Assembly (NCBI GenBank): GCA_027452085.1
Contig: DAIDHG010000032.1
Span: forward strand, 1 to 10,800
DNA: 10,800 nt
From: a bacterium
Lineage (GTDB): Bacteria > Babelota > Babeliae > Babelales > JABCYS01
Direction: 5' to 3'
Made by a program: the position numbers and the translations under genes. The notes below the pieces were generated by a model. It saw only the letters and a program-made list of their open reading frames with translations, was not told the DNA's origin and searched no databases. Shown piece after piece: positions 1 to 7,384 of this stretch (the first letter of the stretch is position 1; each line of letters begins with the position of its first letter).

Positions 1-368
1 ATAACGTTGGTCTACTTCTTCGTGGTGCCAAGAAGGAAGAAATTGAACGTGGTATGGTAATTGCAAAACCAGGTTCAATCACCCCACACAAGAAATATAA
101 GTGCGATGTGTATGTACTCAACCAAGCAGAAGGTGGTCGTCATAGTCCATTCTTCAATGGCTATCGTCCACAGTTCTACTTCAGAACAACCGACGTTACC
201 GGCGTAGTATCATTGCCAGCTGGCCGTGAAATGGTAATGCCTGGTGACCACGTTGCACTCGACGTAGATCTTATCTCACCAATTGCGATGGAGAAAGATC
301 TTCGTTTTGCAATTCGTGAAGGCGGTCGTACAGTTGGTTCTGGTGTGATTACACAGATCGTTGAGTAA
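1..368 (+). CDS. tuf: Elongation factor Tu, C-terminal part (5' truncated by window)
   Basis: Frame is open from nt 3: [69 protein letters not shown] at 366-368. Confidence 0.99.
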   Translation, partial: NVGLLLRGAKKEEIERGMVIAKPGSITPHKKYKCDVYVLNQAEGGRHSPFFNGYRPQFYFRTTDVTGVVSLPAGREMVMPGDHVALDVDLISPIAMEKDLRFAIREGGRTVGSGVITQIVE

Positions 369-379
369 TCGGAGCTTTG

Positions 380-691
380 ATGAGCATCAAAAAACAACGT
401 ATTCGTTTGACGTTGAAGTCATACGACCATCAACTTCTCGATAAAACGGTGAAGCAAATAGTATTAGCGGTTCGTCGGACCGGGTCCCAAATTGTGGGGC
501 CCGTGCCGCTGCCGAATAAGCGTCGTTGCTTTACCGTATTGCGTTCCCCGCATATTGATAAAAAATCCCGTGAGCAGTTCGAACTAACCACGCACCGTCG
601 TGTCTTAGATATCATGCAACCATCTGATTCTACCGTGGAAGCATTGACGAAATTGAACATCTCATCGGGTGTCGACGTAGAAATTAAGTAG
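380..691 (+). CDS. rpsJ: 30S ribosomal protein S10 (uS10)
   Basis: [37 protein letters not shown] motifs. ATG 380 follows GGAG at 371-374 and is preferred over TTG 377. Confidence 0.98.
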   Translation: MSIKKQRIRLTLKSYDHQLLDKTVKQIVLAVRRTGSQIVGPVPLPNKRRCFTVLRSPHIDKKSREQFELTTHRRVLDIMQPSDSTVEALTKLNISSGVDVEIK

Positions 692-702
692 AAAGGTCAT
701 TC

Positions 703-1320
703 ATGATTAGAGGCATTTGGGGCAAAAAGATTGGAATGACCCAAGTTTTTAAGAATAATCGTGTATACCCAGTAACCGTTATTGATACCGCTAACTGGTT
801 GGTTACTGCCGTTAAGAATCACACACGCGATGGGTATTCCGCAGTTGCAGTCGGCCGTTTACGCAAACGTTACGAAGGCGAAACATTTAATTCGGAATGG
901 CTCAAAGATCTTAAGAAATATTTCCAATGTGTTCGTGAGATTACTCATGACGCAGCAATTCCAGAAGGAATCACGGTTGGTCAGCCAGCTTCTCAGCTAG
1001 CAGCGCTAGAAGAAGGTAAGATGGTTGATGCCGCTGGTATTACCATCGGTCTTGGTACCGCTGGTGTAATGAAACGCCACGGATTTGCCGGTGGTGTGGA
1101 AAGCCACGGATCGATGTTCCACCGACGTCCGGGAACCATGAGCTTCATGCGTTCACGTGGTCGCGTTATTAAAGGTAAGAAATTACCTGGTCGCTTGGGT
1201 TGCGATCGCCAAGTGATGAAAAATTTAGAAATTATCAAGCTAGAGCCGGAGTTGGTTCTTGTTAAAGGCTCCGTGCCAGGCAAGGCCGGCTCAATGGTAT
1301 ATCTGCGAAAGGCTGAATAA
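703..1320 (+). CDS. rplC: 50S ribosomal protein L3 (uL3)
   Basis: [38 protein letters not shown] motifs; canonical position after rpsJ. Confidence 0.98.
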   Translation: MIRGIWGKKIGMTQVFKNNRVYPVTVIDTANWLVTAVKNHTRDGYSAVAVGRLRKRYEGETFNSEWLKDLKKYFQCVREITHDAAIPEGITVGQPASQLAALEEGKMVDAAGITIGLGTAGVMKRHGFAGGVESHGSMFHRRPGTMSFMRSRGRVIKGKKLPGRLGCDRQVMKNLEIIKLEPELVLVKGSVPGKAGSMVYLRKAE

Positions 1321-1964
1321 TGAGCGCTGCACCAACAACATCTGCAAAAGCGCGTGTAAAAGTGCTTGCTGCAAAAGATTTATCGCTCGACAATGTTGAG
1401 CATACGCCGGCCTCTGCTCGTAGCTTTGCTACGGCAGTGCGAGCATTATTGCAAAACTGGCGTCAAGGTACGGTAGGCGTGAAGGACCGTTCAGAGGTTT
1501 CATTTGCCAACAGAAAACCGTGGCGTCAAAAAGGTACCGGTCGTGCTCGAGCAGGAAGTGCTCGTTCTCCGCTTTGGAGACATGGTGGTGTATGTCATGG
1601 ACCTCAGCCTCGCACTCGTGTTTTATCAGTGCCGTCACGCACAAAACAAGAAGTATTTAAAACCTTGTTTTTCAATCGCATCAATAGCGGATCTTTGATT
1701 GCATTGGAACAGGAATTTAGTGGCAAGCCAAGTGCCTCTACCGCATACGGCATGCTCAAAGACGCTGGTTTGCACAATAAGAAGATTATGGTTTTTGTTC
1801 GACCTGAAGATCAGGTTGCACAAGCTTCATTTGCTAACCTGGCTAATGTTCAAACAATTTGCTTTGATCAACCAAATGCATTTGATCTTGCTAAATCACA
1901 CACCTGGGTTGTGTTAGCAAAAGACATCAATGCTCTACAACAAATGGTGCACGCATGGCTGTAA
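1320..1964 (+). CDS. rplD: 50S ribosomal protein L4 (uL4)
   Basis: RQGT..VKDRSEV...[28 protein letters not shown] signature; TAATG overlap with rplC. Confidence 0.98.
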   Translation: MSAAPTTSAKARVKVLAAKDLSLDNVEHTPASARSFATAVRALLQNWRQGTVGVKDRSEVSFANRKPWRQKGTGRARAGSARSPLWRHGGVCHGPQPRTRVLSVPSRTKQEVFKTLFFNRINSGSLIALEQEFSGKPSASTAYGMLKDAGLHNKKIMVFVRPEDQVAQASFANLANVQTICFDQPNAFDLAKSHTWVVLAKDINALQQMVHAWL

Positions 1965-2314
1965 ATTTAACAACATACGATATTATTCAGGGGCCAGTGC
2001 TCACTGATAAGGCGTATCATCAATATAAAAAGTTGAATACCTTGATGCTTCGTGTGCATCCAGATGCAAACAAACCACAGATTAAGGCCGCACTTGAGCG
2101 TTTATTTAATGTGAAGGTTGCTGAAGTTCGTGTGGTGATGCGAAAAGGTAAAAATAAAGTTATTCGTGCATTGCGTAAGAGTACGCAATCGGCAGATCGT
2201 AAGCACGCATACATTACACTCAAGCCGGGTTACTCGCTTGATTTAATGGGGCAGGGTAGCTATGCAGCAGCCGATGTAAGCAGCGAGACACCTACAGAAA
2301 CGGCTAAGGAATAA
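1955..2314 (+). CDS. rplW: 50S ribosomal protein L23 (uL23) with short acidic C-terminal tail
   Basis: [41 protein letters not shown] motifs; lies between rplD and rplB. Confidence 0.96.
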   Translation: MAVNLTTYDIIQGPVLTDKAYHQYKKLNTLMLRVHPDANKPQIKAALERLFNVKVAEVRVVMRKGKNKVIRALRKSTQSADRKHAYITLKPGYSLDLMGQGSYAAADVSSETPTETAKE

Positions 2315-2316
2315 TT

Positions 2317-3141
2317 ATGGCTATCATTGGAAGAAAACCACGTAGTGCCGCATTACGATTCCAGACCTACCTCGACAGTAGCGATATCACCAAGAAGCGC
2401 CCTGAGCGTTCACTGGTAGTCGGTCTACGTAAGTCTGGCGGTAGAAACGCATACGGAAGAATTACCTGCCGACACATCGGTGGTGGTGCACAACGTAAAT
2501 ATCGCGTTATTGATTTCAGCCGTGGCAACCGCAATGTGCCAGGAACTGTTGCGGCAATTGAATATGATCCTAACCGCAATGTGCGCATCGGATTGGTTCA
2601 TTATGCCAATGGTGCTAAATGTTACATTCTCCTTCCTGAAGGCCTAAAAGTTGGCGCTTCGGTTATGGCTGGTGAAACCGCTGAACCGAAGGTAGGAAAT
2701 GCGCTCCCTTTGCGAAATATTCCTGTCGGCTTTATGATTCATAATATTGAAATGTCTCCAAACGGCGGTGGCACCTTAGTGCGAAGCGCCGGAACTGCTG
2801 CTCAGCTGATGGCTAAGGGCGAAGAATATGCCACCGTTCGTATGCCAAGTGGCGAAGTTCGCATGGTGCATCTCAACTGCTGGGCGACCGTTGGTACGCT
2901 TGGTAATGCTGAGCACAAAAATATTTCGATCGGTAAGGCAGGCCGTTCTCGTTGGTTGGGTATTCGACCAACGGTTCGCGGTATGGCTATGAACCCAATC
3001 GATCACCCACACGGTGGTGGTGAAGGTCGTTCAAAGTCTGGTTCTCACCCAATGACACCATGGGGTAAGGGCTGTAAAGGTACCCGAACGAGAAGAAAGA
3101 AAGATTATAGAATTATTTCACGACGCCCAAGCAATAAGTAG
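2317..3141 (+). CDS. rplB: 50S ribosomal protein L2 (uL2)
   Basis: [49 protein letters not shown] motifs. Confidence 0.99.
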   Translation: MAIIGRKPRSAALRFQTYLDSSDITKKRPERSLVVGLRKSGGRNAYGRITCRHIGGGAQRKYRVIDFSRGNRNVPGTVAAIEYDPNRNVRIGLVHYANGAKCYILLPEGLKVGASVMAGETAEPKVGNALPLRNIPVGFMIHNIEMSPNGGGTLVRSAGTAAQLMAKGEEYATVRMPSGEVRMVHLNCWATVGTLGNAEHKNISIGKAGRSRWLGIRPTVRGMAMNPIDHPHGGGEGRSKSGSHPMTPWGKGCKGTRTRRKKDYRIISRRPSNK

Positions 3142-3169
3142 CATCCTTCGACGAGCTCAGGACGAGCGG
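3142..3169 (+). repeat. REP-like palindromic repeat, short form (copy R1)
   Basis: CATCCTTCGACGAGCTCAGGACGAGCGG starts right after the rplB stop; its arms match the copies at 7220-7288 and 7790-7873. Confidence 0.85.
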
Positions 3170-3223
3170 ATTCGTACAGAATGCCCCTTGGCCCCAGAAG
3201 TAGAGGATATTTAGGAAATAACA

Positions 3224-3517
3224 ATGGCAAGATCAGCAAAAAAAGGTCCTTTTGTAGACCAATCATTGCTCGCAAAAGTGGCCAAAGTAAAAGAGTCTGG
3301 TAAGCGCGAAGCTATTAAGACCTGGTCACGTCGCAGTATGGTAATCCCGGAATTTGTGGGATTGACTATTGCGGTGCATAATGGCCGTAAACATATGCCG
3401 GTATACATTACCGAAAATATGGTTGGCCATTACCTTGGCGAATTTGCACACACACGAACCTTCCGAGCACACAGCGGGCAGCGCAAGGCCGGCGAAGCAG
3501 CCGAAGGGGCTAAATAA
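3224..3517 (+). CDS. rpsS: 30S ribosomal protein S19 (uS19)
   Basis: [44 protein letters not shown] motifs; AGGA upstream. Confidence 0.99.
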   Translation: MARSAKKGPFVDQSLLAKVAKVKESGKREAIKTWSRRSMVIPEFVGLTIAVHNGRKHMPVYITENMVGHYLGEFAHTRTFRAHSGQRKAGEAAEGAK

Positions 3518-3999
3518 TGACGCAAAATATGATTAAAGCACACGCACGATTTGTTAGATATTCACCATACAAATTGAGACCGTTGGTTGATGTTATTCGC
3601 GGCAAGTCTGCTGAATACGCATTGCAATGGCTTGGTGCGCATAAGGTGCAGGGCCGTTGGTCAGCTACCTATGCAACCCGCCGCGCAAAACCAATTGTAA
3701 AGGTTTTAGCCTCAGCAGTGGCAAATGCACAGAATCGTGATCCGCTTGCTCAACCGATGAGCCTGAAAATTGCCGATATTCGTGTTGACGAAGGACCAAC
3801 CTTACGTTATTTCAAGCCAACCGCGCGTGGTTCAGCGAGCCCGCAACGTAAGCGCTTCTGCCACATAAGTGTTTCTCTTAATGCCATTGCAGCACCAAAA
3901 AAAGCGGCTGTTGCAGCGCAGGGTACAGAAAAGAAAGAAAAGACCAAAAAAACGGCGACGAAGAGCCGCAGCTCAAAGAAAGACGTGAAAGGATCATAG
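3517..3999 (+). CDS. rplV: 50S ribosomal protein L22 (uL22) with 10-aa internal insertion and Lys/Ala-rich C-terminal tail
   Basis: SP.KLR.LVD.IRGK, KVL.SAVANA, VDEGPTL, HISV motifs; TAATG overlap with rpsS (alternative ATG at 3529). Confidence 0.97.
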   Translation: MTQNMIKAHARFVRYSPYKLRPLVDVIRGKSAEYALQWLGAHKVQGRWSATYATRRAKPIVKVLASAVANAQNRDPLAQPMSLKIADIRVDEGPTLRYFKPTARGSASPQRKRFCHISVSLNAIAAPKKAAVAAQGTEKKEKTKKTATKSRSSKKDVKGS

Positions 4000-4002
4000 C
4001 CA

Positions 4003-4788
4003 GTGGGTAATAAAGTTAGTGCGAAGGGTTTTCGCTTAGGAATTTATGAGCCGTGGAAGGCACAATGGTTTGCACGTGATTCATACGGCAAGCAGTTGAT
4101 GGATGATCTTAATATTCGTAAGTTCATTCATAAAGAGTTACGCGGTGCTGAAGTTTCTTCAGTTAATATTGAAAAAACTGGGGAAGAAGTAAAAGTTATC
4201 ATTAATTCAGCCCGACCTGGCGTAGTGATCGGTAAAAAGGGTCAGGATATTGATACGCTGCGTAAACGTATTGGTGCATTAGTACCGGGTCGTTTAGTTG
4301 AGATCTCTGTCTCTGAAGTGCGTAACCCTGAAACTGATTCATCTCTGGTTGCACAAGGCATTGCCGAACAACTTGAGAAGCGAGTTTCTTTCAAACGTGC
4401 GATGAAGCGTGCTGCAACGACAGCCCTTCGCGCTGGTGCTAAAGGTATTAAGATTCGTGTGTCTGGCCGTCTTGGTGGTGCTGAAATTGCACGTACCGAA
4501 TGGCTACGAACCGGTTCTGTACCATTACACACTCTTCGTGCACAGATTGATTTTGATCGAGCAATTGCTCAAACAACCTATGGCGTAATCGGCGTAAGTG
4601 TTTGGATTTACAAGGGTGAATATGCTCACCTGTTAGAAGAAAAAGGTGGTGCGGCGCGAGCTGCGGCTGAAATGTCAGCACGCCCTTCATCTGGCGCAGG
4701 ACGACCTGAGCCACGCAGATCTGCTGGATTTGCTACAAAGCAAAAGCCGGGTGGACCTGAGCGACGTAAGCGCAGTGACCAAGAATAA
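4003..4788 (+). CDS. rpsC: 30S ribosomal protein S3 (uS3) with ~50-aa low-complexity tail
   Basis: GTG start; GFRLGI, ARPGVVIGKKG, SGRLGGAEIARTE, VPLHTLRA.ID, TTYGVIGV.VWIYKGE motifs. Confidence 0.99.
   Translation: MGNKVSAKGFRLGIYEPWKAQWFARDSYGKQLMDDLNIRKFIHKELRGAEVSSVNIEKTGEEVKVIINSARPGVVIGKKGQDIDTLRKRIGALVPGRLVEISVSEVRNPETDSSLVAQGIAEQLEKRVSFKRAMKRAATTALRAGAKGIKIRVSGRLGGAEIARTEWLRTGSVPLHTLRAQIDFDRAIAQTTYGVIGVSVWIYKGEYAHLLEEKGGAARAAAEMSARPSSGAGRPEPRRSAGFATKQKPGGPERRKRSDQE
4681..4719 (+). repeat. Degenerate repeat copy (R2) plus start of an inverted copy, inside the rpsC 3' tail
   Basis: 4681-4704 CGCCCTTCATCTGGCGCAGGACGA matches R1 3142-3165 at 17/24 ungapped; it is followed by CCTGAGC, the reverse complement of the GCTCAGG arm. 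Confidence 0.55.
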
Positions 4789-4797
4789 GGAACTACC

Positions 4798-5247
4798 ATG
4801 TTGATGCCTAAAAAAACTAAATTCCGAAAATACCAGCGTGGTACGCGAGCAGGAGCCAGCAAAGGTGCCCGCACCGTAGCATTTGGCGAATATGCTCTGC
4901 AAGCGATGGAACCTGTTTGGTTAACCTCTCAACAAATTGAAGCAATGCGGGTGACCATTTCTCGCGGCTTGGGTAAAGAAGGGAAATTATACCTGCGGGT
5001 ATTCCCTGATAAACCAGTTTCAAAGAAACCTGCCGAAACTCGTATGGGTAAAGGTAAGGGGAATCCGGAGCAGTGGGTTGCTGTCATTAAACGCGGCCGC
5101 CTCATTTGTGAGATCACCGTAGATAAAGATGCGCGTAAAGTGTTGCGTAATGCAGCATACAAGTTGCCAATGAAGACGCGTATTGTGAAAAAGGGTGAAG
5201 AAGCGATTGATAAGGCACCGCTAAAATCAACAGAGACAACGGCATAA
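4798..5247 (+). CDS. rplP: 50S ribosomal protein L16 (uL16)
   Basis: MLMPKKTKFRK.QRG, QIEA.R, RVFPDKP.SKKPAETRMGKGKG.PE.WVA, KLP motifs. Confidence 0.99.
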   Translation: MLMPKKTKFRKYQRGTRAGASKGARTVAFGEYALQAMEPVWLTSQQIEAMRVTISRGLGKEGKLYLRVFPDKPVSKKPAETRMGKGKGNPEQWVAVIKRGRLICEITVDKDARKVLRNAAYKLPMKTRIVKKGEEAIDKAPLKSTETTA

Positions 5248-5259
5248 GTAGGAAACCAT

Positions 5260-5301
5260 CCGCTCATTCTGGTTGTTTCGCACAGCGAAGGAATCAAGGG
5301 G
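5260..5301 (-). repeat. REP-like repeat, inverted degenerate copy with inner hairpin (R3)
   Basis: Reverse complement reads CCCCTTGATTC-CTTCGCTGTGCGAAA-CAACCAGAATGAGCGG: left arm 8/11 to TCCCTCGATAC, right arm 13/16 to CACTCAGGATGAGCGG; inner TTCGC/GCGAA hairpin. Confidence 0.72.
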
Positions 5302-5320
5302 CGGCATAAAGAGCATCACC

Positions 5321-5521
5321 ATGGATAAGAAACAAATTAAAGGCATGAGCATCCAAGAGCTGGGAGCAACCGTTGACGAAGCCCGTCGCGTTCTCTTTTC
5401 TCTTCGCGTGAATAGACATGCACAACATATTAAGGATCACTCACAATTTACTAAGATGCGTCGCACCATTGCACGAGCATTGACTGAGATGAGCAATAAG
5501 GAATCACAACATGGAAAATAA
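5321..5521 (+). CDS. rpmC: 50S ribosomal protein L29 (uL29)
   Basis: 66 aa from ATG 5321: MS..EL....E.R..LFSLR, RRTIARALT. Lies between rplP and rpsQ; the upstream TTG 5273 falls inside repeat R3. Confidence 0.93.
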   Translation: MDKKQIKGMSIQELGATVDEARRVLFSLRVNRHAQHIKDHSQFTKMRRTIARALTEMSNKESQHGK

Positions 5522-5759
5522 AAAGAAAATGTTTGTGGGTGAGGTAATCTCCGACAAGATGGATAAGACCGTTGTAGTGAAAGTGGTGCGTGACTATCAA
5601 CACCCAGTGTTTAAAAAGGTTATGCGTCAAACGAAGAAGTACAAGGTGCACGACGAGAAAGAACAGGCAAAGATCGGTGATCGCATTGAATTCTTTGAGG
5701 GTCGTCCCGCTTCTAAGACAAAATATATGTATCTTTCACGTGTGATTGGGGAAGGTTAA
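5511..5759 (+). CDS. rpsQ: 30S ribosomal protein S17 (uS17)
   Basis: [36 protein letters not shown] motifs. Confidence 0.98.
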   Translation: MENKKKMFVGEVISDKMDKTVVVKVVRDYQHPVFKKVMRQTKKYKVHDEKEQAKIGDRIEFFEGRPASKTKYMYLSRVIGEG

Positions 5760-5764
5760 ACATC

Positions 5765-6127
5765 ATGATCCAAAAAGAATCATATCTTGAAGTTGCCGAT
5801 AATTCAGGCGCACAACTTCTTCAATGTATACATATCCATGGAAGCACCCGTAAAAGATATGCTTTCATAGGCGATACCATCAAATGTGCTGTTAAAAGCG
5901 CATTGCCGAGTGGTCAAGTAAAAAAGGGTGAAGTGGTAGATGCGGTGATTGTACGTACTGCTAAAGAACATCGTCGTGAAGATGGCAGCTATGTGCGATT
6001 TGGTGAAAATGCAGCGGTAATTATCAAGGATGGCCAACCGATAGCATCACGTGTTTTCGGACCAGTGGCTCGTGAAGTTCGCACAAAGTATGCAGAAATT
6101 GCATCTCGTGCGCCGGAATTAGTGTAA
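5765..6127 (+). CDS. rplN: 50S ribosomal protein L14 (uL14)
   Basis: [41 protein letters not shown] motifs. Confidence 0.99.
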   Translation: MIQKESYLEVADNSGAQLLQCIHIHGSTRKRYAFIGDTIKCAVKSALPSGQVKKGEVVDAVIVRTAKEHRREDGSYVRFGENAAVIIKDGQPIASRVFGPVAREVRTKYAEIASRAPELV

Positions 6128-6139
6128 AGGGTGCTGAAT

Positions 6140-6448
6140 ATGATGCGTGTTAAGAAAAATGACAAAGTGCAGGTGCTTTCTGGCCGCGATCGCGGTAAAC
6201 TTGGCACGGTCATTAAGGTTGTGCCGGCTGAAGACAAAGTGTTGGTAACGGGCGTTGGTATGGTTACTCGCCATATGAAGCGTCGTAAACAAGGCGATGT
6301 TGCAGCCATTAAGCAAGAAGAATCATTCCTCCCAATGGCTAAGGTGATGCCGGTTTGCACAAACTGCAAAAAACCATCAAGAATTAACGTAAAAACAGTA
6401 GATTCTCGCCGTGTACGTGCATGTGCACGCTGTGAAGAGGTATTTTAA
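6140..6448 (+). CDS. rplX: 50S ribosomal protein L24 (uL24) with two CxxC motifs
   Basis: KOW motif VKKND.VQVLSGRDRGK.G.V; CTNC and CARC near the C-terminus. ATG 6140 is preferred because AAAGGGTG lies 6 nt upstream. Confidence 0.96.
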   Translation: MMRVKKNDKVQVLSGRDRGKLGTVIKVVPAEDKVLVTGVGMVTRHMKRRKQGDVAAIKQEESFLPMAKVMPVCTNCKKPSRINVKTVDSRRVRACARCEEVF

Positions 6449-6451
6449 AGT

Positions 6452-7021
6452 ATGGCACAAGCACAAACAAAGCAGGTAGCTCGCTACCAGCAGCTTTACA
6501 CAGAACACATTCGTCCGGAACTGAAGACCGCGCTTGGCATTAAAAACATCATGGCTGTGCCAAAAATTGACAAGATTGTGGTCAACGTTGGTGTGACCGG
6601 CGCCGTATCAGACAGCAAACTTATTGGCCTGGTTGAGCAAGCTATTACTAAAATCACCGGCCAAGCACCAGTCAAGACGGTATCTAAGCGTTCTATTGCT
6701 GGGTTTAAGTTGCGTGAAAATTTACCAATCGGGGTGAAAGTTACCCTTCGTCGACGCTATATGTATGAGTTCTTGGATAAACTTATTAACCTTGCATTGC
6801 CAAAGGTTCGTGATTTCCAAGGCGTTGGCATTAAGTTTGATGGCCGTGGTGGGTACAACCTTGGTATCAAGGAATGGATCATTTTTCCTGAACTTGAGCA
6901 AGGGTATAACGAAAAAGTATTTGGTATGAATATCACCATCCATACCACCGCAACAGATGATGCGCATGCAAAAGAGTTATTGACCCGTTTTGGCATGCCG
7001 TTTAAGAAAACAAATAAGTAG
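6452..7021 (+). CDS. rplE: 50S ribosomal protein L5 (uL5)
   Basis: [56 protein letters not shown] motifs. Confidence 0.99.
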   Translation: MAQAQTKQVARYQQLYTEHIRPELKTALGIKNIMAVPKIDKIVVNVGVTGAVSDSKLIGLVEQAITKITGQAPVKTVSKRSIAGFKLRENLPIGVKVTLRRRYMYEFLDKLINLALPKVRDFQGVGIKFDGRGGYNLGIKEWIIFPELEQGYNEKVFGMNITIHTTATDDAHAKELLTRFGMPFKKTNK

Positions 7022-7028
7022 GATAAGT

Positions 7029-7211
7029 ATGGCTAGAAAGGCTTTGATAGAAAAATCTCTCCGTCCAAAGTTTGCCGTGCGTACACGTAACCGTTGTAAA
7101 CAATGCGGCCGACCACGCGGGTATATGCGTATTTTTATGCTGTGTCGTTTGTGCTTCCGTAAATACGCACTCGACGGCTTGCTCCCCGGTGTTAAGAAAA
7201 CCAGCTGGTAG
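7029..7211 (+). CDS. rpsN: 30S ribosomal protein S14, short zinc-ribbon (type Z) form
   Basis: 60 aa from ATG 7029: [36 protein letters not shown]; the rplE stop TAGGA doubles as an SD-like site. Confidence 0.98.
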   Translation: MARKALIEKSLRPKFAVRTRNRCKQCGRPRGYMRIFMLCRLCFRKYALDGLLPGVKKTSW

Positions 7212-7219
7212 CAAGGTTT

Positions 7220-7288
7220 ACCCTGCGCCCATCCCTCGATACATCCGTCTTCGCCTTTGGCTACGTCGGACACTCGGGATGAGCGGGG
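7220..7288 (+). repeat. REP-like repeat, long form with inserted hairpin (R4)
   Basis: Left arm 7220-7242 matches 7790-7812 at 19/23; right arm 7271-7288 matches 7856-7873 at 17/18; CATCCC/GGGATG stem. Confidence 0.9.
7244..7270. repeat. Second type of imperfect palindrome carried in the loop of R4
   Basis: TCCG-TCTTC-GCC-TTT-GGC-TACGT-CGGA; the minus strand reads TCCGAC-GTA-GCC-AAA-GGC-GAA-GACGGA. Confidence 0.65.
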
Positions 7289-7300
7289 TTGGTTCCGCGG

Positions 7301-7329
7301 CCGTTCATCGGGAGCTGTAAAATGATGAA
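7301..7329 (-). repeat. Decayed inverted partner copy of R4
   Basis: CCGTTCATC 7301-7309 is complementary to GATGAGCGG 7278-7286 with one G-T pair; TTCATC 7304-7309 also pairs with GATGAA 7324-7329. Confidence 0.45.
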
Positions 7330-7384
7330 GTCGCACGTTGAAGAGATTTTGAATTTTGAATTTAATGCTGACATGAGGTTGTAG

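Noticed and set aside
3490..3510. GGCGAAGCAGCCGAAGGGGC in the rpsS tail as a repeat remnant
   Set aside because: Only CGAAGGG matches the inverted arm; it is too short and is explained by Ala-Glu-Gly codons.
3907..3924. GCGCAGGGT (AQG) in the uL22 tail resembling GCTCAGGGT
   Set aside because: There is no matching left arm; likely chance.
5273..5320. Longer ORF-track starts for rpmC (5273), rpsN (6990), rplR (8527) and rplX (6131)
   Set aside because: The extensions lack homology, overlap a repeat, an upstream gene or SD-like sites, and downstream ATGs give canonical lengths.
6440..6500. E. coli-type S8 autoregulatory operator at the rplX-rplE junction
   Set aside because: I could not identify a convincing helix mimicking the 16S S8 site by eye; a covariance model search would be needed.
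6977..7336. ORFs 6977-7336 (-) and 7072-7320 (+) spanning the rpsN-rpsH spacer
   Set aside because: They overlap rpsN and simply read through the stop-poor GC-rich repeat R4; no protein signature.
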